Source: a virus | Taxonomy: Duplodnaviria > Caudoviricetes | IMG/VR virus record: IMGVR_UViG_3300042901_000537 | Span: 1 to 27,789 of that record | Direction: 5' to 3' (one strand) | DNA length: 27,789 nt | Shown here: in pieces, positions 17,351 to 25,913 of the stretch | Layout of the letters: each line of letters begins with the position of its first letter | How positions within the stretch are numbered: position 1 is the stretch's first letter | Made by a program: the position numbers and the translations under genes | The notes under the pieces: model-generated | Told to the model about the DNA's origin: nothing | The model's input: the letters and a program-made list of their open reading frames with translations, nothing else | Database searches by the model: none

Positions 17351-20300
17351 ATGGCGACAAACTATAATGTTAATCCTTACTATGATGATTACGATGAAGG
17401 CAAACAGTTTTATCGTATTCTGTTTAGGCCAGGTCGAGCGGTACAAGCTCGTGAATTAACACAAATCCAAACATCTCTCCAAAAACAGATTGAGCGTTTT
17501 GGCAAAAGCATTTATAAAGAAGGTTCTATTGTTGTTCCTGGTGGACAATATATTGATAGACAGTATTACTATGTAAAATTGACATCCTCTTTTGGTGCGA
17601 ATACATCTGACACGAAAATTTCATCATTAATTAACAGTACTATTACTGGTGCCAATTCTAAAGTTTCTGCTATTGTTGTTAATTCGGTTACATCAACATC
17701 AGCTGGTGATCCATCAACAATCTATGTTCGTTATACATCATCTAGTGCTTATGATGGTGGTTCCAATACTGTATTTCAACCTGGCGAAGTTATTACAAAT
17801 TCTTCTGGTAACATTAGTTTACAAGTAGCTGCAACTTCTGCCACAGGTAACGGAACAGCTTTCTCTGTTTCAAGTGGTGTTGTTTTCACCAAAGGTGTGT
17901 TTGCTTATTTTGATGACCAAACTATTATTGCTGAAAAATATACTCAGGCTAACAATGTTATTCTTGGTTTCCAAGTAACAGAATCTACAGTATCTGCAAC
18001 AAGCGATACAACCCTATTAGATCCTGCTGTAGGTGCAAGTAATTATATTGCGCCTGGTGCTGACCGTTATAAGATTGCTTTAGATTTATCAACTAGACCA
18101 TTCACATTTGACGCAAATGATGACCCTAATTTTATTGAATTAGCTCGTTTGGAAGATGGCGTTATTGTATCACAGAATTTGGATCCAAAATATAGCGTTC
18201 TTGGTGCCACATTAGCACGAAGAACATATGATGAATCTGGTGATTATATTGTTAGGCCATATGGTTTACAATTAATTAACCACTTGAAACCGAATGCAAA
18301 TATTGCTAATGGTTACTATACTGCTACCCAAGGCGGTGATGATAATAAACTTTTCAATGTGGTCACTCCAGGCAAAGCATACATTAAAGGATTTGAAGTT
18401 GAGAACATTCGCTCAAGATATATTGTTGGAAACAAAGCTCGTGAGTATGCTAATGTAAACAATGGAATTATCAGTACAACTATTGGTAATTACATCTATG
18501 TTACTAATGTTAATTCTGTTCCAGACTTTTCTTCACCGCCAGTTGTCAATTTTTATAACCAATATAACGCAGCTAAAGGCACCAACAATGGCACATTGGT
18601 TGGTACTGCAAGGGCCAAAGGTTTAGAATTTTATTCTGGAACTTCTGGAACATCAACTGCCGTTTATAAGCTTTGGTTATTTGATGTGGTAATGGCAGCT
18701 GGTTATGTTTTTGAAAGAGATGTTAAACAGATTTATTCTGACAATACCGCCTACACAGACTTTACTGCTGATATATCACCAACATTAATATTGTTGTCCG
18801 GTACTGTAACAAAGTCATCAAGTTGTACCAAAATAACAGGTGTGGGTACTGAGTTTATTGGCCAAATCAAAGACAACGATTATATTACAATCGATACAGA
18901 GACATTCAAAGTTGGTAATGTAGTCAATTCATCCTCTTTTACAACTAATACTACGCCAGTAACCAATACTGCGGGTTCATTTGCTTATTTGAATACAGTT
19001 GTTTATAACGATACTGAGCATTTAAGTAATTTGTTTGAAATGCCTTATAAAATTATTAGACAAGTCGACCCAACAAATTTAGAAACTTCTTATACAGTTA
19101 AGAGGTCTTATTCCAGAACATTGTCTGCAAACACAGTATCAATTACTGCTGGTACAGATGAAACTTTTGCATCTATTTCAGCTACAAATTATGCTGTTGT
19201 GGTTAAAAATGGTACAGCAAATGGCACATATCTAAATGCGACTAGTCTTATTACAAGAGGTGGTTCTCCAACAGGTAAAACAATTACAATTGATGTTTCA
19301 TCTCTTGCAACAACACCGGCTAATGTATCTGCATATACAACTGCTGATATTGAAGTTTTAACATCGGTACAGAAAACAAATTCTGCAGCTACAAAGAAAA
19401 CTAAAACTCTTGTATCAGCTGCAACTGTTGATTATACATCCAATGTTGCTGCACAAGCTTCAACAATATCATTAGGCAAAGCAGACATTTACCGCTTAGT
19501 TAGTGTAAGTATGTCAACATCTGCATTTGGCACTTCTTATAGTTCAGCTGGTGCCGTTGATATTACAGACCGTTATACATCCGATAATGGCCAAAAATTA
19601 ACATATTATGGTGTTGGTACAATTTCATTAAAACCAAACCAAATAAAGCCATCTGGCCCAATTAGAATTACTTTTGATTATTTTACCCATGGAACTGGAG
19701 ATTATTTCTCTGTAAATTCTTATGGTGATATCAACTATAAAGATATTCCAGCATTCACAAATAGTGGTAAAACATATCAACTCCGTGATTGCTTAGATTT
19801 TAGGCCACGTATTAATGATGCGGGTACTGGATTCACTGGTACCGGTGCTAGTGTTGGTGACTTCATTTCTCCAACAAGTGATGTTCAAACCGACTATTCA
19901 TATTACTTGCCTAGAATCGACAAGATTGCAATTGATACGCAAGGCATTATGCAAGTGGTACAAGGTGTAAGTTCTTTAGATCCTAAGGAACCAAAAACGC
20001 CAGATAACTCAATGGGTCTATTTGTATTAGACCAAAAGGCTTATGTTTTTGACATTGATAGAGATATTTCAATAACAACAATTGAAAACAAACGATATAC
20101 AATGCAAGATATTGGTAGAATTGAAAATCGTGTTAAAAATTTGGAATATTATACAGCATTAAGTTTGTTGGAAAAAGATACTCAGTCTTTACAAATCCAA
20201 GATGGCTTAGGTTTTGACCGATTCAAAAATGGTTTCATTGTAGATAATTTTGCCGGCCATGGTATTGGTGACGTTTACAACCGTGATTATGGTGTTGCAA

Positions 20301-23300
20301 TTGATTATGAAAAACAAGAATTGCGTCCTCTAATTGATAGTAAAATTATTACACTCAATGAAGTTAATACACTAACAAATTCAAGAACAGCAAATAACTA
20401 TTCATTAGTGAATGATGTTATTACTTTGCCATATACAGAAACAGTATACATCAAAAATGATAAGGCTAGTAAAACGGAAAACATTAATCCGTTTAGTGTC
20501 ATTACATGGCATGGCTTTGTTAAATTGGATCCACCTAGTGATAGTTGGGTTGATACAGAAGAATTGCCATTAATTACCAGAAATGAAAATGGCAATTATG
20601 ACCAATTCTCAGCTGACGCTAGAGCTAAAGGAACTTATGGTTCTGTTTGGAACAGTTGGCAAACCACAGTCTATGGTAGCCAACGGGTATCTACAAGAAC
20701 TGGTTTAGATTACCAAGTATCAGAAAAGATTGACACTAAAACTATTGACAATGTGGTTATTAGCACAGAAGTTGTGCCTAAAATGCGTTCAACCACTTTG
20801 AAGTTTACTGGCCAAGGTTTGAAACCTAATACTAGAATTAAGATTTTCTTTGACAATATCAATGTCACAAACTTCTGTAGAATGGGTAATGTATCTACTG
20901 CGACTTCAAACGCAAATACATTCATGTCAAACACATCAATCCGTTCCACAGTCAGTAATTTGATTACTGATAATACAGGTGCTGTTGAAGGTTTCTTTAA
21001 CTATGTTTCTGATATATTCAAATTGACCACAGGTGAAAAATCATTCCGTATTACCGATTCTGCGGTAAATTCAAACGATTTTGAAACATTGGCCGAAACA
21101 ACATTCAGTTCTTCTGGCAAATTACAATATGTGCGTGATGAAGTTGTATCAACCAGAAACGCTGTATTGAGTGTTAAAGACCTTACAGAATCGAAGACAG
21201 AACAAATTTATATTAATAATACTGTTGCTGTTATTCCTAGTGGTAGTGGCGGAGGGCCACCAACAACACAGGATGATAAGAATGATGATGATACTGGCGG
21301 CGGAACTACCTCAACAGCACTACCAAAGAAAGACGTTATTGATATTGTTTTTCAATACGGTATTAATTCTACGGTTAGTGAACAACAAAGAAAAGATTTT
21401 TATAATGGCACTTACGGTGGTGTTGCTGGATCAGCATTAAAAACTGCGGCCGATAACTCAACAATTTCACCATCATTAATTGGAGCAACCGGAACGATTG
21501 ATGGTAAAGCTATTATTGATAGTTGGAATTCAGCTATGACGTCTGGTGGCTCTTCTGCTGCTAAAGCTGCAATTGGTGTTAATGATAATACTTTGGCTGT
21601 CTATCATGCCGCTTATGCAGCAATTGGCACAGCATCTGCTGATTCTAAAGCTAACGGATTATATCAACAACATGTAAACGGTGGTGTTGCTAAAGATTTA
21701 GCAAGACAGTATGCAGCTGCAGCTATTGCAGCTGGTGTTGCAGCTGCAGGCCAAGGAACTGTTACAGAAGCAAGCACTTCTGTTGCTTGGAGAGCTGATG
21801 CTGTTGCTGCTACTACTAATGCAGTTACTTTATCACCTACTATAACGTCTGCTACTGGTTCAACAACAACAGCTAAAACATGTTCTGGTGTTGACCCATT
21901 AGCACAATCATTCTTTGTTGATACTCCATTAGTATTAACTAAAGTTGATTTGTTCTTCTTTGCAAAAGATTCTACTATTCCAATGAAAGTGGAAATTAGA
22001 AAGATGGTTAATGGATTCCCAAGTTCATACATTGTCCCATTCAGTACCACATATGTGTATCCAAGTGCCATCACAACAAGTGATGATGGTTCTGTTGCCA
22101 CATCCGTTTCGTTTGATTCACCACTCTACTTAGATGTTGGTGAATACGCAATTGTTTTGTTGGCTGAATCTATTAATTATCGTGTTTGGATTTCTGAAGT
22201 TGGTGGTACCGATGTATTAACCAATTCTTTAATCTCCGAACAACCATATATTGGTGTTTTGTTCAAATCACAAAATGCTTCAACATGGAATTCTGACCAG
22301 TTTCAAGATTTGAAATTCAGATTGTATCGTGCAGTTTATGATACTACAGTAACAGCTACTGTTGATTTAGCATTTACTGATGATACCTATGGTTTAGCAA
22401 ATTATAAGACATTAGGCAAAGACCCATTGGAAGTTTATCCTAAGTCTAGCACGATGCGGGTGTACCATGATAACCACGGACATAAGAATGGTTCAACTGT
22501 CAGATTGACTGGCTTTATTTCGTTGACCAATTTCATGTCAACAACAAACTCAAATTTCTATGGTATTGATTTGACAACATTAGAAAATCAAAACTTTACT
22601 ATTGATAATGCAACATTAGATAGTTATACAATTACTTTGCCTAATGTGGTAAACTCAAATGTTACATCATTGATAAGAGTTGGTGGTGATGGAATTGCTG
22701 CTACATCAGATTTTAAGTATGATACTTACTATTCGTCATTAGCTTCTGTTGTTCCACGAGGAACATCTTTAGTTAATAAGATTAAAACTACATCAACTGC
22801 TTATGCTATAGATTCTAGTTTTACCACAATTTCTACTGACAACTACAACTTTGCAAATTCAAGAGTGTTGGCAAGTAATGCTAATCACCAAGTTGCAATG
22901 GGTGGTGTAGATAAGTCATTCGTACATCGTGTTGAATTGTCAACATCAACTGATTATTTGTCTCCAATTTTGGATACAAAACGCAATGCAGGTATCTTTG
23001 TAAGAAACTTAATTAACTATCCAACATATGACAGCGAAAACATTATCTCTGCTAATGATGTGGTCACTATTGCAAATGCCTCTAATATTCTGGTTACACA
23101 AGTATCTGGTGCTCAAGGCCTGATTACGTTCACTGGTGCCGCAGATAAGGCAAACGCTTCTGCTATCATTAAAGGTTCTTATCTAAACATTACCGCAAAT
23201 AATGGCGTTAATGCTGGTCAGTATCGTGTGTTGGATGTTTTGAATTCTGGCGCAAATGTTTCAGTATATAATGTCAGTACACAGAATGTATCTACAAATG

Positions 23301-23704
23301 CAACGGCAACATATACTATCACAAATGGTAGAAACTTTGTTGCTGAAGAAGCCGCATATGATGGATCCGCATACTCTAAATACATTACAAGAGAAGTTAA
23401 TTTTGTTAACCCATGTACTGCGTTTAAGTTCTATGTGGATGCTATTCAACCATCAGGAACAGCTATTGACTTCTATTATAAAGTTAGTCAAGTTGGTGAT
23501 ACAATTGACTTAAAAGATAAAGAATATACTAAAGTGGCCAACGTGATTGTTACTACATCACTATCTGGTGAGTTCTATGAAGTATCTAAAATTGTGGATA
23601 ATTTGCCACAATTTGATGCCATAGTCTTTAAGATTGTGTTCAATGGTACTGATAGCTCACAAGTTCCTAAGTGTAAAAATCTTCGTGTAATTGCATTGGC
23701 TTAA
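17351..23704 (+). CDS. Large virion structural protein, DUF4815/VrlC-like
   Basis: NVNPYYDDYD...FYRILFRPG.AVQARELTQ.Q, APGADRYKI, LARRTYDESGDY, DFRPR, YYLPRIDK, KRYTMQDIG.IE.RV.NLEYYT.LSLLE, DRFKNGFIVDNF, DPLAQSF, LFKSQNASTW, NLRVIALA. Confidence 0.88.
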   Translation: MATNYNVNPYYDDYDEGKQFYRILFRPGRAVQARELTQIQTSLQKQIERFGKSIYKEGSIVVPGGQYIDRQYYYVKLTSSFGANTSDTKISSLINSTITGANSKVSAIVVNSVTSTSAGDPSTIYVRYTSSSAYDGGSNTVFQPGEVITNSSGNISLQVAATSATGNGTAFSVSSGVVFTKGVFAYFDDQTIIAEKYTQANNVILGFQVTESTVSATSDTTLLDPAVGASNYIAPGADRYKIALDLSTRPFTFDANDDPNFIELARLEDGVIVSQNLDPKYSVLGATLARRTYDESGDYIVRPYGLQLINHLKPNANIANGYYTATQGGDDNKLFNVVTPGKAYIKGFEVENIRSRYIVGNKAREYANVNNGIISTTIGNYIYVTNVNSVPDFSSPPVVNFYNQYNAAKGTNNGTLVGTARAKGLEFYSGTSGTSTAVYKLWLFDVVMAAGYVFERDVKQIYSDNTAYTDFTADISPTLILLSGTVTKSSSCTKITGVGTEFIGQIKDNDYITIDTETFKVGNVVNSSSFTTNTTPVTNTAGSFAYLNTVVYNDTEHLSNLFEMPYKIIRQVDPTNLETSYTVKRSYSRTLSANTVSITAGTDETFASISATNYAVVVKNGTANGTYLNATSLITRGGSPTGKTITIDVSSLATTPANVSAYTTADIEVLTSVQKTNSAATKKTKTLVSAATVDYTSNVAAQASTISLGKADIYRLVSVSMSTSAFGTSYSSAGAVDITDRYTSDNGQKLTYYGVGTISLKPNQIKPSGPIRITFDYFTHGTGDYFSVNSYGDINYKDIPAFTNSGKTYQLRDCLDFRPRINDAGTGFTGTGASVGDFISPTSDVQTDYSYYLPRIDKIAIDTQGIMQVVQGVSSLDPKEPKTPDNSMGLFVLDQKAYVFDIDRDISITTIENKRYTMQDIGRIENRVKNLEYYTALSLLEKDTQSLQIQDGLGFDRFKNGFIVDNFAGHGIGDVYNRDYGVAIDYEKQELRPLIDSKIITLNEVNTLTNSRTANNYSLVNDVITLPYTETVYIKNDKASKTENINPFSVITWHGFVKLDPPSDSWVDTEELPLITRNENGNYDQFSADARAKGTYGSVWNSWQTTVYGSQRVSTRTGLDYQVSEKIDTKTIDNVVISTEVVPKMRSTTLKFTGQGLKPNTRIKIFFDNINVTNFCRMGNVSTATSNANTFMSNTSIRSTVSNLITDNTGAVEGFFNYVSDIFKLTTGEKSFRITDSAVNSNDFETLAETTFSSSGKLQYVRDEVVSTRNAVLSVKDLTESKTEQIYINNTVAVIPSGSGGGPPTTQDDKNDDDTGGGTTSTALPKKDVIDIVFQYGINSTVSEQQRKDFYNGTYGGVAGSALKTAADNSTISPSLIGATGTIDGKAIIDSWNSAMTSGGSSAAKAAIGVNDNTLAVYHAAYAAIGTASADSKANGLYQQHVNGGVAKDLARQYAAAAIAAGVAAAGQGTVTEASTSVAWRADAVAATTNAVTLSPTITSATGSTTTAKTCSGVDPLAQSFFVDTPLVLTKVDLFFFAKDSTIPMKVEIRKMVNGFPSSYIVPFSTTYVYPSAITTSDDGSVATSVSFDSPLYLDVGEYAIVLLAESINYRVWISEVGGTDVLTNSLISEQPYIGVLFKSQNASTWNSDQFQDLKFRLYRAVYDTTVTATVDLAFTDDTYGLANYKTLGKDPLEVYPKSSTMRVYHDNHGHKNGSTVRLTGFISLTNFMSTTNSNFYGIDLTTLENQNFTIDNATLDSYTITLPNVVNSNVTSLIRVGGDGIAATSDFKYDTYYSSLASVVPRGTSLVNKIKTTSTAYAIDSSFTTISTDNYNFANSRVLASNANHQVAMGGVDKSFVHRVELSTSTDYLSPILDTKRNAGIFVRNLINYPTYDSENIISANDVVTIANASNILVTQVSGAQGLITFTGAADKANASAIIKGSYLNITANNGVNAGQYRVLDVLNSGANVSVYNVSTQNVSTNATATYTITNGRNFVAEEAAYDGSAYSKYITREVNFVNPCTAFKFYVDAIQPSGTAIDFYYKVSQVGDTIDLKDKEYTKVANVIVTTSLSGEFYEVSKIVDNLPQFDAIVFKIVFNGTDSSQVPKCKNLRVIALA

Positions 23705-23705
23705 T

Positions 23706-23918
23706 ATGAAATATAAAGTAGAAGGTCATCCTGATTTGATTCGGGATGGCAATAGTAAAGCAATAATTAACACTAATAAAAGTGCTATGGCTGAGCATCT
23801 ATATAAGAGGGAACTGAAAACAACAGTTCAAGGCCTTTCTGAAGAAATGAATACGATTAAAAATGAATTCAAAGAAATTAAAACTTTGTTGCAACAAATT
23901 GCATCTAGAGGACAATAA
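23706..23918 (+). CDS. Small conserved coiled-coil protein following the VrlC-like gene
   Basis: MKYKVEGHPDLIRD.NSKAIINTN plus a C-terminal heptad (IKNEFKEIKTLLQQI). The ATG at 23706 is preferred over the track's 23691 start, which overlaps the upstream gene. Confidence 0.75.
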   Translation: MKYKVEGHPDLIRDGNSKAIINTNKSAMAEHLYKRELKTTVQGLSEEMNTIKNEFKEIKTLLQQIASRGQ

Positions 23919-24631
23919 TGGCAATTAATCAAATCACAACGGCGAATACGTTCCAACAATGGTTGATTGCTACTCAATCTATTATTTCTGTTGCAAACAA
24001 TCTTACGGACGGCGGCGCTTCTTCTACTTTTTTTGCTAATACTAATGTTCAAATTGGCGGTGATTTAACTGTTACTGGTAACATTACACTTGAAGCGGTT
24101 GGTTATGACAATTTGGGAGTATCTGGTGATTTAAATGTTGTCGGTAATACAACTGTAAATAATATTTTTGCAAGTGGTGCTGGGTTTTCTCAAAACGCCA
24201 ATGTAAAATCAGGAGTAACAACATTCTCTGTTGTGAATTCTGGCTCAGGCGCTTATTTGTTTGACCAATATTCTGGTAACAATCCTGACATATATTTACA
24301 TCCTGGCCAAACAGTTTCATTTAGTATTAATGCTTCTGGACATCCATTTTTGATAAGACAATCAAATGGTGGAACACTTTATAATGTAGGCCTCACGCAT
24401 GTATCAACAACTGGTGTTGTTACTGTTGAAAGTGGCGCTCAGGCAAAAGAAACTGGAACACTTATTTGGAAAGTCCCTTTTGGATTAGCTGGTAATACAT
24501 ATGTTTATCAGTGCCAAAATCATTCCGGCATGGTAGGAAATTTAGTTATTCAACAAACTGTCACATCAGCTTTTGCAGCGGCTAATAACTCAACTGGCGA
24601 TGCTCTTGCTTTCGCAATTGCACTAGGATAA
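23918..24631 (+). CDS. Short fibre-like virion protein with a cupredoxin-like domain
   Basis: Fibre-type N-terminus (ANTFQQW), a GDLTVTGN beta-helix-like stretch, then GHPF ... YVYQCQNHSGMVG, and a C-terminal ALAFAIALG. GAGGA SD. Confidence 0.72.
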   Translation: MAINQITTANTFQQWLIATQSIISVANNLTDGGASSTFFANTNVQIGGDLTVTGNITLEAVGYDNLGVSGDLNVVGNTTVNNIFASGAGFSQNANVKSGVTTFSVVNSGSGAYLFDQYSGNNPDIYLHPGQTVSFSINASGHPFLIRQSNGGTLYNVGLTHVSTTGVVTVESGAQAKETGTLIWKVPFGLAGNTYVYQCQNHSGMVGNLVIQQTVTSAFAAANNSTGDALAFAIALG

Positions 24632-24642
24632 ATAGATAAATA
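24627..24642 (+). promoter_or_regulatory. Tandem late-promoter-like octamers GATAAATA GATAAATA
   Basis: Two adjacent copies, the first containing the TAA stop of the upstream gene. Followed by AAGGA SD and the ATG at 24664. Confidence 0.55.
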
Positions 24643-24663
24643 GAATATCAAGGATATTAAAAC

Positions 24664-24981
24664 ATGGCAAACACATTTAAAAATTATTTTGGTAAATCTG
24701 TCACAGCAAATACGACAATCTTTACCGCTGGCGCAGGAGTACAGGCTACTGTAATTGGTATGACAATTGCAAATCTGACCACTTCTCCAATATCTGCAAA
24801 TGTATTCATTACAGCTAGCGGAACAGATTATTACATGGTGAGTCAGGCTACCATTGCAGTTGGCGGCGCCTTCGTACCAATCGGAGGTGACCAGAAACTC
24901 GTCATGGAAGCAACTGATGCTATTAAGGTTTCAACCTCTGGCACTAGTGACGTTATTTTATCGGTCTTGGAGATTAGTTAA
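24664..24981 (+). CDS. Small beta-rich fibre-associated protein
   Basis: MANTFKN...TVIGMTIAN...GGDQKLVME..D.IKV...DVILSVLEIS, a type commonly found next to fibre genes in aquatic phages. Confidence 0.7.
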   Translation: MANTFKNYFGKSVTANTTIFTAGAGVQATVIGMTIANLTTSPISANVFITASGTDYYMVSQATIAVGGAFVPIGGDQKLVMEATDAIKVSTSGTSDVILSVLEIS

Positions 24982-25910
24982 TGTCTTTTCTAGGCAATAC
25001 ACCAAGCACTCAGTCATTTACATCTCTTACTGAAAGATTTAATGGCAATGGTAGCGCAACTACCTTTACATTGTCTAGAGCGGTGTATAATGCCTCTGAC
25101 ATTGAAGTCATAGTTAATAACGTCCAACAGGATCCGTATGATGCATATACGGTCAATGGTACTACAACGCTGACATTTACTGGTGCACCTTCAGTAGGCA
25201 CCGGTAATATTCTAGTAACATATCGAAACTATATTGTATCTGTAGTTGTTCCGGGTCAAGGTACTGTAACAAACAGCACTTTAGCTGCAGGTTCTGTTAC
25301 TGGTGACAAGATTGGGTTGACTGCTATTACTGGTAACCTGGTAGCTGCTGCCGCAATTACTGGTGACAAGATTGCAGCCGCAACAATTGGTTCATCTAAT
25401 CTAACGACAACCGGTGTGTCTGCCGGTTCTTATGGTGGTGCAACTCAGATTCCAGTTATTACAGTTGGTACTGATGGTCGTGTATCATATTCAGCCAACG
25501 TAGCGTTTAGTGCCGTTCCAACATTCTCAAGCGGCTCATTTGCGGTTGCTAATACATCAGGTGCAATTGCTAATACTTCATTAGATGTTTATGGTGGTGT
25601 TGCTATGAATGTGGTGACATTGGCAACTACAAGTAACACAGTCAATGTGGCACTTGCAAACTATTTCATCTCAACGCCAGCAGGAACATCTACATGGATA
25701 TTCACTGGTGTACCTGAGTCTAGAGATTCATCTTTCGTATTACAGTTGGCCAATGGCGGTAGTTATACAGTTACATGGCCTTCTTCAGTTAAGTGGCCAG
25801 CAAATACTGCACCAACACTCTCAACGAATGGTGTTGATGTGCTAATCTTTTCTACAGTTAATACAGGAACTACATGGCGTGGTTCTTCATTGACAGGCTA
25901 CACAGCATAA
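24981..25910 (+). CDS. Tail fibre / adaptor protein
   Basis: N-terminal F.GNGS.TTFTLS...V.VNNVQQDP module, 10-aa ITGDKI repeats, GSYG...IPVITV..DGRV segment, and a C-terminal VTWPSSVKWP..TAPTLS..GVDVL.F...G.TWRG domain. Confidence 0.75.
   Translation: MSFLGNTPSTQSFTSLTERFNGNGSATTFTLSRAVYNASDIEVIVNNVQQDPYDAYTVNGTTTLTFTGAPSVGTGNILVTYRNYIVSVVVPGQGTVTNSTLAAGSVTGDKIGLTAITGNLVAAAAITGDKIAAATIGSSNLTTTGVSAGSYGGATQIPVITVGTDGRVSYSANVAFSAVPTFSSGSFAVANTSGAIANTSLDVYGGVAMNVVTLATTSNTVNVALANYFISTPAGTSTWIFTGVPESRDSSFVLQLANGGSYTVTWPSSVKWPANTAPTLSTNGVDVLIFSTVNTGTTWRGSSLTGYTA
25297..25374 (+). repeat. Coding repeat with 30-nt period (xxITGDKIxx)
   Basis: ttactggtgacaagattg at 25297-25314 and 25357-25374, with a partial ttactggt at 25327. 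Confidence 0.8.
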
Positions 25911-25913
25911 ATT

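Noticed and set aside
17351-23704. VrlC as a bacterial virulence locus
   Set aside because: The name comes from a homologue in a bacterial island. Here the context is a phage virion structural gene.
23918-24631. Plastocyanin (petE) auxiliary metabolic gene
   Set aside because: No signal peptide, a shorter ligand loop than plastocyanin, and fused to fibre-type segments.
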